64,000 nucleotides of DNA, taken from assembly GCF_011386835.1 (NCBI RefSeq), contig NC_088792.1, positions 37,014,001 through 37,078,000 of the forward strand, in the 5' to 3' direction. Below are positions 48,652-61,158 of this stretch, in pieces (positions within the stretch are counted from its first letter, which is position 1; every line of letters starts with the position of its first letter). A program made the translations under genes and the position numbers. The stretch is from Chrysemys picta bellii (Eukaryota). Below the pieces are notes generated by a model. That model did not search any database. It saw only the letters and a list, made by a program, of their open reading frames with translations, and had not been told where the DNA came from.

Positions 48652-50756
48652 AACAGGTGTAAACAGACCTCTCGGTGTAGGATTATAGTGTTACATTTGA
48701 AATACATCTGAAGGTCACCGCATCCCAAAACCACTGATCAAGATGTAGTAACGGTCCGTTACAGTGGTGGTATAATCACTCAGCAGGTGAGAGCTGGCGG
48801 GATGTTACACCATAATAAAAGGTTATTTAATGGTAGCCGAGATAATACAACTAGTTGTCAAAAAATAACATAACGGGGATTTTATTTAAACCAGAGCAAA
48901 CAGAACTGGATGCTACCTACCTACAATAACATTAAATAGATTAAGAATATATATCATAAAAATGTATAATCGTTTGGATATATTTTTATATATATGTACA
49001 CACACACACACACATAGAGTAACTCACTACTGAGTGTACTTAGCTATATATAACCTCTAAATACAGAAATATATCTATATCTCGATATGCACAGGCTAGT
49101 ACCTTATAGGTTGTTTTTTTTCTAGTTCAAGGCTCCCCTTTCCTCAGCTACCTCGCTGGGTGCTGTCTGACACCTCTGTCAGTTTTTGAGCCTCACATGC
49201 TGCTTGTGACTTCCTGGAGACACAGCCTTAACTCCAGTGACACTTGCAGCAGTGCAAATCATATCAGACCCACTGGATCTCAAGGCCTTTGGGCCTCCTG
49301 TTCTGGATCTCGGGAACCACATGGATCAATGATAGGAGATGACCAGAATCAATGGTCAGAAACACACCATCAGACATGGACTGACTTAACCAACCAGCTT
49401 TAAACTAAAGGGACCCTCTTCTGTGCATCTGTTTGTCGTGCTCAGTCTCAGTCTCTCCACTTACTCTTGGTTTCTCTCAGTCCTGATTTCCCTCTGTCCC
49501 CCCTCTCATCCTCTGCCTGTTTCTCTCAGTTTACTTAGACTCTGTTTCTCTCCATCTCTCTCTCTCACTGGCTCCCCCGCCTGCCTCTGTCCCTCAACCT
49601 TCTCCCTCTTCCCCTCCAGCTGGTCACTTCCCCTCCCACTGAGGGTCAGGGCCACCTCCTATAAGTTTCTCAGAGGGACGGGCTATTCCCTGTCCATAAA
49701 AATATGCATTCACTCTGAACATCTACTTCCCCCAAATCATATATCCTCACACAGGGTCAAGTCTCTTTACCTTATTTAAATAAAGTTATGCAATGTGCTT
49801 ATGTGTTTGCAGAACAAGGGCCCAAATATAAGGACCAATGGGTTTTAAAAGACATTTCAGGGAAGAAACCTCTCCTATTACCACTCTCTCCTGTTCCCAA
49901 GTCCCCATGGCAGACCCCACCACTCTTTGTCAGTGCCCTCCTCCAATGGCTCCTCAGATCCAAACCTTTGTGTGTCCATGTACCCCCTTCGCAGTCTGGT
50001 ATCCAGAGCCATGGATTCTGCCTTAATCCAACCCTGTTTATAGTGCCCAATCCTGAGAAACACTGAGCACCTGCAACTCCCATTGTCTTTAGTAAAAGGT
50101 GGCAAATGCACAGCACCTCTCAGAAATAGGCCTTTACAGCCTGATTCTGTGAAGAGCCTAGAATCCTCCACTGCCCTGGAAGTCAAAGAGGATTGAAAGT
50201 GCTTGGCACCTGACAGAATCACGTCTCACGGTTTGAAACCCCCAAACATTTGTCAGTCTGCATTTCTTTAGAGAAGCATTAAAACAATGACATCAGTGCA
50301 ATCCAGCACATGCATGCACATACTGCTGTTTTTGACAGGTTGCATAATATAATTGTGTACTTGTCAATTTTTATTTCCTTTAGGCAAATTGCAAGTGAAG
50401 TTTGTTGAGCCCTGTCCGGGTTTGAGATTATTCTTGTTCTGACAGTTTTGCTAGAATTTTTCCTCCCACAGTTATCAAGTTGGAAGAAATCCCAGCTTTC
50501 AAATAAATATTTTAAAATATATCTTATTTTGTCCCTCATGGAGTATTCATTCATTTTAATGTTACATTTTGTACTCAGGTGGCATACTGATGAGAAATGT
50601 GCTGATTCTGTTAGACCCTTTTGTCAAGAAAGACCTTAATTTCAAGAACCATGGCTAAAGTTTAAAATGGATACAGAGCTGGAATGTCTCATGGGCTGGC
50701 TCAACATGGCATGAATTAGAGCCTAGCATGTCATAATGACCCACAGTCATCATTAG

Positions 50757-51473
50757 AAAGGCTATGTTTTAGTCTTGGGTATTGTTGGTAAAAGTCATGG
50801 CCCGGTCATGGGCAGTAAACAAAAATTCATGGCCTGTGACTTGTCCATGACTTTTACTATATACCCCTAACTAAACCTTGGGCGGGGGGCTGCAGGTGTT
50901 CTGGGAGGGCAGTCTAAGGGTGCTGCAAGTGCTGGGGTGTGTGTGGCCTGGGACCCCCGCTGGTGCTGGGGGGGGAGGAGAGCAGGACACAGCCTGGGAC
51001 TCCCGCTGGTGCTGGGGTGGGGTCAGCAGGGCTGGCAGGCTCCCTACCCAGCTCTGCGTGTCCCTGCAGCTCTTGGGGGGAGGGAAGGTCAGAGTGGCTC
51101 CACATGCTGCTCCTGCCACAAGTGCCGGATCTGCAGCTCCCATTGGCTGGGAACTGCAGCCAATGGGAACTGTGGGGGCAGGGCCCGCAGGCATGGGCAG
51201 CGCGCGGGGAGCTCCCTGGCCCCTCCACCTAGGCGCTGCAGGGACATGCCGGTGGGAGCCAGGGAGCCCCCTACCTCAAGGTAAGCGCCACCCCACACTC
51301 CAATTCCGTGTCCCTAGCCCCCTCCCACACACCTAAACTGCTGCTGCTGGCCCAGGAGCTGCTTGGCTCAGGCAGCCCCTGAGCGAGCACCGGCCACTGC
51401 AGAAGTCACGGAGATCATGGAAAGTCACGGAATCTGTGCCTTCCATGACCTCCATTATTGACACGCAGCCTTA
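50757..51473. mobile_element. hAT non-autonomous element, 717 bp, GC-rich interior
   Basis: Termini aaaggctatgtt / acacgcagcctta, perfect 8-bp TSD ATCATTAG (50749-50756, 51474-51481) and repeated gtcacgg/gtcatgg subterminal motifs. Confidence 0.85.
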
Positions 51474-52352
51474 ATCATTAGTACTGACTGACAAAAACGT
51501 GATGCCGGGTAGCCAAAATGCATTGCCACTATTCTCACTCACTCCACCTCCTAACAGACATTTATTCAGTCTGTAATTTAAAAAACAACCTGACTCAACT
51601 GGACTTGGAAAAATATGAATGTCTATGAGAATAAGATTTTTTAAACAACACTGTAAAGTTTATTAGGCTTAAACCCATAAAAATCGATCATTTTTCCTGT
51701 GTCTTAAAAGAACAGTGTTCAGTAGTTTAGGATTAAAATTTAGGTTTTGTTTGAAAACATCTAAGTAAATAAAGGGGCAAGGGTACGTATTTACAAAACA
51801 TATTAATAGAAATATTTTCATGTACTTTTAAAATTTAAATGAAAAGAAGCTTTTAAAAATGTAAATATTCTCTTGCAGTGCTAGAAATACAAATAAAACC
51901 AACAGCATCATGCTGCTGTACAGGAAACAGGATGTAAAATGGACTATGGCCCGGATGCACTAGAGCACACTTTTAGTTTAGTTTTAGGGTTTTTTTTATT
52001 TTTTTTTTGTTCCTTAGCATTTGTGAAACTGGTTTTAAAGAAAAATATTGGAGGGATTGATAACAATAGAGTACTATATTACCATAACAATAAGTTGTAC
52101 AAGAAGAATTAATTTACGCTTGGGCAATTTTAGGACTAATTTTTAGTATACCTTTAAATAAAATATATGCAATTAATATTTCCTAAAATAAGAAATCTGA
52201 AGTGACAGATTCAGGGGATAACAAAGTATTTCCATCTATTTCTTTAGCAGATTGATCCCAAGTGTTGTGGCAAATCTGAGTCACATGTGTAGTTGTATAC
52301 ACTTCTACCCCACTTGCAGGATGAGAAAAAGCCTTATTTCACATCTCTAAAT

Positions 52353-54892
52353 CACTGCTCTACAGCCAAAATGCTTCTGAAATAAATGTAGTCAAACTTT
52401 ACTAATTCTGGGTCACTGAGAATGAAAATGATGCTTAAAGTTGTTGATTGGCTCTAGTTTTCAAGATATGCTATTGGGTCAGTATATACGACCCTTGACT
52501 TGGGAATGGCGGAGGATAAGTGAGTTATACAGGGAAGGGATCTCAATTTAAACCAGAAATGACTAAAATACATCTTTGACTGGATCTATGAATAAATCTA
52601 TGACTGGGTTTGGACAGGACTTGCTTTTTAGGCAAAACAATGAATGATGCAATCTGAAGCTGGTATTGCGTCATACATGATATGAATTGCATCATGTTAT
52701 TCCTAGAAGTCATGGATGATGCAATCATAACGAAGCTTACATCACTCTGCTGAACAAATTGCCCTATATCAGCTCTAGAAATCATACAGTGTCATGCTCT
52801 CTTATTTGTCAGTGTTTGATTTTGCAAAGGGACACATTTCTGTTTAGCCAAAGTGAGCAGAGATGCCTCGTACTTGTGTGAACAGTGCAGATAACTTCTG
52901 CTATGTTTGTGGTGAAGTGACTTTTGCATCACAAAAGCGCAGTATAACAACTATGGTTAAGAAAACCTATCACCTTTATTTTGGCTGCAAAATTGGAGAT
53001 CAGGTCAAGAGGTGGGCCCCACACATATGCTGCAACACTTGTGCAACAAATCTTCGCCCGTGGTTGAACAGGAAAAGGAAATCTATGCCTTTTGCAGTGC
53101 CAATGATTTGGAGAGAGCCAACATATCATACCAGCAATTGTTACTTCTGCATGGTGCCTCCAGTTGGGAAAGGTGTGTCAAAGAAGAAAAAGTGGACTGT
53201 GCATTATCCAAACATTCCATCAGCTATACGCCCAGTACCCCACGGAGAAGGACTGCCGGTTCCTGATGCACCAGAATCATTCTCACTTGAGTCAGACGAG
53301 GAAGAGAAAGAGGATGAAACTTCTGGTCCTGAACCATCAATGTCACAGGACCCACATTTTCTCCCATCCCCCTCCTCTGAACCACACCTCATAACACAAG
53401 GTGAACTGAATGACCTCCTCAGGGATTTGGAACTACCCAAGAGTACGGCAGAGCTCTTGGGCTCCAGACTACAGCAGTGGAATCTCCGGGCAGGTGATGT
53501 TAGGGTTTCCATGTTCCGTGACCGTCAAAAGGATCTTGTCCCATCTTCTTCATGGAAGGTGATCTTGTAGCCTGCAACAACATTGATGGTGTGATGGCAG
53601 CCCTCAATATCGTTCACAATCCAGATGAGTGGAGACTGTTCATTGAGTCATCGAAGACGAGTCTTAAAGCTGTTTTACTGCATAATGGCAATGTTTTGCC
53701 ATCAATTCCAGTTGGTCATGCAGTCCATATGAAGGAAACCTATGACAACATGAAACAACTTTTGAGATGCATAAACTATGACCAACATCAGTGGCAGCTT
53801 TGTGATGATTTGAAGGTTGTTGCTCTCTTGCTTGGTCTGCAGACTGGATACACAAAGTACTGCTGTTTTCTCTGCGAATGGGATAGTCGTGCAAGAGATT
53901 CCCACTACATCAAGAAAGATTGGCCACTCCGACTGTCATTGGCGCCTGGGAGGAAAAGTGTTCAGCATCCACCACTTGTTGAATCAAGGAAGATTTTGTT
54001 ACCACCCTTACACATCAAGCTGGGTCTGATGAAGAACTTTGTCAAGGCCATTGACAAAACACAAGCAGCTTTCAAGTACCTCCGTGGAAAATTTCCAAGG
54101 TTAAGCGAAGCTAAGATAAAGGAAGGTGTCTTTGTTGGTCCTCAGATTCGTGAACTTCTTCGACATGATGCATTTGACCATGCACTGTGTGGCAAGGAAA
54201 AGACGTCATGGAAAGCCTTCCAGTTAGTGGCAATAAATTTTCTCGGAAACAACAAGGCAGACAACTACAGGTTGTTGGTGGAAAACCTCCTCAAGGCATA
54301 CAAAAGCCTTGGTTGCAACATGTCACTAAAGCTACAATTTTTGCACTCTCATCTAGATTTTTTTCCACCGAACTCCGGAGCAGTGAGCGACGAGCGATTT
54401 CACCAGAACATTGCAACAATGGAGAAACGCTATCAGGGCAAATGGAGCCCATCAATGCTTGCAGACTATTGCTGGACAGTGACAAGAGATGCTCCATTTA
54501 ATGAATACAGGAGACAAGCCAAGAAGCGCCGAGTAGACACTGAATAGGACTAAACTATGTACAGAATAGTTTTTTGCCTTTTGTTTCATAATACATTTTA
54601 TTTAGATAACCCTTTTGCTGATTTTTAAAGTGTTACATAAACAGGACAGGTGAAATATTATCATGTAAAGCAACCATAAACACATGAAAAGACCTAGGTT
54701 TACAATTTATGATTAAAACTCTACTATCTACACAATATACATAGACATAAAATGTAAAAATTGAAATATCTTAGAAACAGTAGCCAATCAGTTGTTTTAA
54801 TTGTCATATTTGAATTCAGCACATCAAAATACATAATAAATAGCACATTTTATCTCTGAAGCAGACGACTTCTCAAAAATTGTAGACCAGTG
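52353..54892 (+). mobile_element. Near full-length Chapaev3 (CMC superfamily) DNA transposon, 2540 bp
   Basis: 12-bp imperfect TIR CACTG(C/G)TCTACA with CAC...GTG ends and an intronless transposase. TSD is imperfect (aat / tta). Confidence 0.88.
52863..54547 (+). pseudogene. Chapaev3 transposase pseudogene (~561 aa if the single frameshift is repaired)
   Basis: ORFs 52863-53570 and 53552-54547 join by adding 1 nt at 53544-53551. N-terminal Cys motifs (FCYVCG, HICCNTC, CYFC), DLKVV, CCFLC, LPPLHIKLG, FLHSH, RFHQ. Confidence 0.88.
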
Positions 54893-57065
54893 TTATAATA
54901 CCTTAAAGGTGCTTCAGTCTCAAATCTAAATACTCTAAATTATTTCATATCATGTCACTTCACTTCCATCTTTTGCCTGTTTTTTGCCTATCTAGACACC
55001 TGTGATGTATGAAAGACAAGTTGATATTGTCAGAATAAATGCAATGCAGCTCTCTCTACTTTAGCATGGGTTTGAGGGGATGGCCCATTATAACACATGT
55101 GGAATGAGAAATGAATTAGCATATTCTGTTGGAATTTGTGATGGCTTTTGAGAGCCCACTGCCTGAACCTGGTGGACTGCACATCGCAGATGGTCTAAGT
55201 GTTAAATTATCCATTGTTAAATTTTCATAAGAAGATTCTCTCTACCATAAAACTTGTGACCATAGGGCAGAGCCACTCTTTAAATAATGGCTGAGGCAGA
55301 TTTATCTATTGCCAACCAACAAGGGTGATATTTTCTACTTTGGCCTATGGAGAAGAAAGCACTGAACAGAATGTCTGTGTGCAGCAGAGAACAGCCCATG
55401 ATGTTGAGAAAAAGGTTTTAATTGCTTTTTATCTAGCTCAGAGGCCCCAATTCATTACTGGAATGGATGATTTCTGATATATCTTGAAATGACTGGCCTG
55501 TGTGCATGTGTCAGATCTCTGAATGGCCAAATCAGGTTATTGCTAAGCACACTCAGTGAATGCTAAATGCACTGTAAGTCAGTAATAAGACATACAGGGT
55601 TCCCACAGTATTATATCCCTACAAAGTTCCAATGTACTCTACATACATATAGTAAATTACATTTTCTAATAAATCTAAGCCAAGCTGATGGTCTGAGGAT
55701 TCACTAGACAGCATTGACATATGGGCAGAACCGGATTCTCCATATGTATAGTAAAAACATATAAGCATATGAGTATGTGCTTAAAAACAGGTTTTAAACA
55801 AGATCTCATTGGTGGGGTGGAACTTTCAGGCTCTCCCTTCAAAGTGTCCTGCATCAGACCAACCTGTCCCTTCCAGCTGAGGTGGATGAAGCTCCCTCTG
55901 GAGTCAGTCTCCTGGCTTTGGCCAGAGTGGGCCACTGAGGAGTGATGTGAGACACGCTCTCTCCTATCCCCAAATTTGTGTGCTGCCCTTTTTAGCACTG
56001 CTAGTGCCCGCTGGCTTGGAGAGCCCTTTTTAGTTCGGTCTTCTATTTTTCTTTTTAATTTGTTCTGTTTGTCAGATATCAAAACACTCTTGACAGAAAT
56101 TGCCTTGGATCACTGAGGAATAAATAAACCCTTGTGATCAGTTTATGAGCTCTCTCTGTGATGTATGGTGCAGCCTTTGGTTTATGTCATTCTGCATGTA
56201 GGGAAATGAGATCCTACAGAAAATAAGCAACATTTCAGTTTATTACCATTGAGAAACATGCCTTCCTCAGCAATCTGCATGCAAGTTATGCTGTCTTCCA
56301 ACATCAGTCTACCTGCCCTATGGCATTATTCTTCAAAAAACTAGTTTCTACTCTGCCATCCACCTGTTGGGAAGAGAGGCTCCCTAAGAAAAGTAAAATC
56401 TATTGCAAAACCAATTCTAGTTTAAAATTAATTTTGTGGAAAAATTGGGCTAAATTCAACCTTCAGGTGTGGAGGAATTCAAATTGCGGTAACAGGAGGA
56501 GCAGCTTCCCCTGAGAAGAGCCCCTCCTGGGGTGAAGGATGGAATTGCTGTTGATTGTGCCTCAACTCAAATCTGAAGGCACCTTCCTGGAAAAAGTAAG
56601 GTAGTTCAATCACCATGTCCATTCAAATCCCTATTCTCTTTACAAAGGCTGCCATAAAAGATTCCAGCGGTAGTGTGAATACCATCCCTTTTCACTAAGA
56701 ATTGGGCCACCACCAATCAGCCATCAGATATTAATCATTTTTGGTTATTACAAATTGGGCAGGATTTGAACATGTAAGATACAGACGAAGGTCTCTGTAT
56801 CTCATGTCTAAAATTAAGGTCCCATCTTGTAAACACTCATCACTTAGTGCAGTGTTTACTACCACGTAGTAAGAATAATACTTGGTAATATGTATTTGCA
56901 GTATTGGGCTGAGATTGTTAATGGACTCTTCAGGGTAGGGTCCACATCTGTCTGTCTGTAAAGTGTCTAGCATGCTTTTGGAGGCTGCAATGATACTCTC
57001 ACTATCAATTCCCTGTGCCGTCCAGTACTCCACACTGAACTAATCTGAAAAGAATAAACTGGCAG

Positions 57066-57683
57066 TGTCGCAGAGAAGTGCCTGTCCTGTAGCACTACCT
57101 GCTGGCTGAGAGTGGCGCTGCTGGTGCTCCTTGTCTCCCTTCTTCCCCAAGGCGGGTCTCCTTGGCTCTCCACACACCAGTCTGTGCTGGAGAGGTGGTT
57201 TAGCCCTCTAGCCAAATCACAATCAAACCTAACGCAGGGTAGCAAAAGTCCAACAAACAGAGAGGTTGTTTTGCCCTTTGGGGGCTTTCCTTCACTCTGA
57301 TTTCTGTGCTACCTTTAAGAGTATTTCTGGTTCTGGGATAGAGCATTCAGCCCCCAAAGTGGTATCCCTAGAGTACAGTTCTCAACCCCTTCTGGGATAT
57401 GTTCCTTATGTCCTTCCCTGCTCCGGTATAGAGCACTGAGGCCTCGGGCTGGTTCCCCTGAAGTACCCCGCCTCCTGCAGACCCTGGATGAGAGCCATCC
57501 ACTCTCAGTGGTACCACTTTCCAAACTGAGCTTTATCAGCCCTCTTATAACGCCCAGGTGTCGATTAACTACCAAGTGACCCTCCTTCATCCCACCCCCT
57601 CAGACTGGGAAGCAGCTAATAAATTATGGCACAGATGCGGCTGGCTCCCATCTCCCCTTAAACGATCTGGTCTCCTTATGACA
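57066..57683. mobile_element. Solo LTR, 618 bp
   Basis: TGTC...GACA termini with perfect 5-bp TSD GGCAG (57061-57065, 57684-57688). Confidence 0.8.
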
Positions 57684-57820
57684 GGCAGTAACAATAACGT
57701 GCTACAAATATCCATATTTTGTTAACCCCAAAACACTCTAAAGACAAATTTTTATATGCAGAGAACATGATGCCAAAGTTACAAGAGCAGAGCACTGAAG
57801 GATCGTGGAAAATATTTTAC

Positions 57821-58016
57821 CTAGTGATCTCTCCTTTGTTTGGTTCGCTGACCTCACCACTGGAAGGCTTGCTCGTGTACGGCTGCCTCTGGAAAAAGGA
57901 GTTGGAGAATCTCCCTCAGACATGGCTTCTAAAGAATCAGCAGATGCTTCGGATAGATGTTCTGCCTGGTCTCCCAAATTGGGCTGTGGGCTTTGAGACA
58001 GCTTTGGGCTCCTTGT
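57821..58016 (-). CDS. KIAA1217: KIAA1217 coding exon, 196 bp (probable exon 3), phase 0 to 1
   Basis: Encodes TRSPKLSQSPQPNLGDQAEHLSEASADSLEAMSEGDSPTPFSRGSRTRASLPVVRSANQTKERSL(G). Acceptor tttttacag|ACA; donor G|gtaaaa. Confidence 0.95.
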
Positions 58017-60390
58017 CTGTAAAAATAAAATAAATATATCATTATTATATTGCAAATGACACTAGGAACATCAAGATCCAACTGTCTGGGGAAAAAAACA
58101 ATGAAAAATGGTTCATTCAGCCTTAAATGCAGCATTCTACAAGGCCTTGTGTGCTCAAGGTGACTTCTATGTAAGTTATTTAAAAATATACTGTCCCTGG
58201 ATAGTCCATTAAGATTTTTATTGCTGTACATCTACCGTACAAATTTCATTTCTAACAATGACCTGAGGCTGACATATTATAGGGTGGATATATGGCAATT
58301 CCATTCCCTGTTGCTCAGACAACTGTTAACATTGACATCAAAGGTGCACCACACACACACACACACACAAACACACAGCCTCAACCTGCAGGATTAGAAA
58401 TTCATCCAATAGGTTTTCTTAAATCTGCTCTCAAAACCAGTGAGTGAGTTCTATAAAGAGGAAACTGGCAGCTGAGTGCATAGAAGTATTTACATTTTTG
58501 ACAACTGAAATGCTATTATTAATCATTAAAATCTCTAAAATGTTGCACTTATCTTGAGGAGTCTGTTGACAAAAATGTCCTGAAAATAAATTTAGCAGTA
58601 AAGCTATCAGCTCTCAGTATCAGAATTGCTGCTACATATGCTGTGGAGAGTAAGGGTTAGCAAGGCCACAATAGCAGTCTAAAATTTTTATCCAACATAC
58701 TAAAAAATTATGAGCTAAACTCTGCTTTCATTTGTATCAGCATAAATGTGGAAAAACTCCACTGATTAACTGAGTTACTTGTGATTTCCAGTGCATAACA
58801 GCAAACACAATTCAGCTGCATAGAATTAACTGTAACTTCCATTAACTGCTAGATACTGTATGTTAAAGATAAGTCTACCTAACCATCTCTGGTATTCCCA
58901 ATCCAGGTTTTTATATTAACTCCTATTATTGGAATTTCTGGCTAACAAAAACACACTCAGTAGGAGAGGCAATGTCCTGAACATTTTCATTGTTGACTTC
59001 AAAAAGGGCTTTGTGTTTTGTGAAGGAACATATTAATACATTTTACAACTTATAAGGGAAGTTGCATTGATAAACGTACAAGGGTTCCATTTTCTCTGTT
59101 GCAGAGAACAACAAACTTCTGCCACTATAACTCAGACTGAACTTGGTAGGGCAGTAATTTTCCATAATTTCTCAAGCAAATTCTACATCCAAAATAAATA
59201 GTATACCTACCCTAAGTACAGCAATGCAAAGCAAGGAAGTTTTTTCCCCCCAGAACTACAGTGGAAATATAAACTTTTTAAAAATATAAATTTATAAACT
59301 TGTCAGTTTATATTCCCAGGCATAAAATGTCATATATTATATCCCTCTTTCTTTCCTCTCTCATTTAAAGGTCAGATACCTATATTAAAAATACCCTATA
59401 GTTAGGCTAAAAATAATTCCCATATTGGGTTTGAAAAATCAGTCAAATTAAAGACAAGTCCAAAAAAAGAAAAGAAAAGAAAAGGCCAAGACAACACATT
59501 TTGCTGATATGTGGCTCTTTCAGCAGTTTCTAGTGTGAGATGGAGAGAGCTTGTTGCAGCAATGTCATAGATCATGTAATACTGCGCATGTGACCTTGAA
59601 GGTAAGCAACAACTCTTAACTTTTATGAGGTTTTCATTAGACTTCTCTACATCCCAGCCTTCTCTGCTGCCAGCTTGTCCAGTTGCTCACATACTATAAT
59701 AAGTTAGAGATATCTAATGAGAAAGCTAAACTCTCTGGAGCTCTGCACTTATGAAATGTTAGCTATTATCCAATGTCTTGCAGTGAAATGATTTTGAAGC
59801 ATTGAGTTTTTCGAGGAATTAAAGCTAACAACATTTACCTCTAGCAAACCAAGGCATGCTTTGAAGTATCTCTGAAATGATCAGCTCTAGTCTACAAGGT
59901 TGTAAACACAGAGACTGGTGCATGTACAATACTGCCTGAGAGTTTACAGAAGTGACAAGTGACCTGCAAACATGAAGGATTTCAAGAAGTCAGTACTTCT
60001 TTCATTCAGTTATCTGAAATGTGGCTTGGCAACCATCATTGCTAAAATATTTTAATTACATAGGTATGCTTGTTAGACAGTGTTACCAATTAAAGTCACT
60101 AACTTAACTCATTGAACAATAAAGGGAACTAAAGCACATTATGAAGCTCAGTTTCCTGTTCTGTTAATAGAAAAACCATAAGGAAAATATAAAGCAAGGT
60201 GCAATATAAATGAATCAAGATAATCCGGTAGAAACACTTCATGGTTTAAGTTTGCTTTTTGGAAAAAATGATTTTGATAAACTAATTTTGCTTCATGTTT
60301 CCTCCTGTTACATTTGGTTGCATTGCTCTTAAGACAAGCAGGATGACGAAGTTGTATCTGTGCATTTACCAATATCTGCTAAGTTACATT

Positions 60391-61158
60391 AGGGTTACCA
60401 TTCGTCCGGATTCTCCCGGACATGTCCGGCTTTTTGAGTTTAAAAATAGCGTCCGGGGGGAATTTGTAAATGTCCGGATTTCTCCCCCCGCATGCAGAGC
60501 GCGGCACGGTTGACAGGGCAGCCTGCCAGATCGAGTCACTCGCACGGGGCTCCGGCAGCCAGAGCCCCTCCTCCACTTTCCCCCTCCTCTCCCCTGAAGC
60601 TTCAGATCACTCCCCTCTCCCCCTCCCTGCATTCGGAGATCGCCGGCCATTCGCATCGGGCCTCCAGCAGTCTGGAGCTCCTCCCCCTGCTCCTCCTCCC
60701 CTGCTGTCCAGCGTGCCGCTCCACAGCACTCTGCGAGGGTGGAAACCGGGCTATGCGCTCCATGGGGGAGCGCGGCAGTGTGTCAGGCTCCGCGTGGAAC
60801 CCAACACGCTGTTCTGAGTGGCACGGTAAGGGGGCCAGGGGGTCAGAGAAGGGGCGGGGGGTTCTGGAGGGGGCAGTCAAGAGACAGGGAGTAGGGGGAG
60901 GGTTAGATGGGTCAGGAGTTCGGGGGGGGCTGTCAGGGGGCAGGGGGGTGGATAAGGTTTTGGGCAGTCAGGGAACAGGTCGGGGGTAGGGTCTTAGGGG
61001 GGCAGTTAGGATGGGGGGTCTCAGGAGGGGGCAGTCAGGGGACAAGGAGCGGGGGGGCGTTGGGGGTTCTGAGGGGGCAGTCAGGGGGCGGGGAGTGGGA
61101 GGGGCTAGGGCGGGGCTCCCACTGTCCTCTTTTTTGATTGTTGAAATATGGTAACCCT
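60391..61158. mobile_element. hAT-like non-autonomous element, 768 bp, non-canonical TSD length
   Basis: TIR AGGGTTACCA/TGGTAACCCT flanked by 9-bp direct repeat AGTTACATT (60382-60390, 61159-61167). Subterminal tccgg/ccgga repeats and G-run-rich interior. Confidence 0.85.

Larger units (their letters stand above)
45280..49780 (-). mobile_element. Degenerate, internally deleted Gypsy LTR retrotransposon with nested insertions
   Basis: Diverged direct repeats at ~45280-45832 and ~48652-49780, a PBS at 48633-48651, a PPT at 45833-45845 and pol remnants between them. Confidence 0.75.

Noticed and set aside
50871-51336. ORFs of 97-152 aa, with a similar cluster at 60384-61137
   Set aside because: All lie inside TSD-flanked GC-rich MITEs and give low-complexity Gly/Pro/Ala translations.
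52863-54547. Domesticated transposase gene or programmed frameshift
   Set aside because: TIRs are retained, a near-identical sister copy exists and probable catalytic motifs are damaged, which fits neutral decay. No clear slippery heptamer at the shift.
52350-54895. TSD for the long Chapaev copy
   Set aside because: Flanks are aat and tta, so no duplication is claimed.
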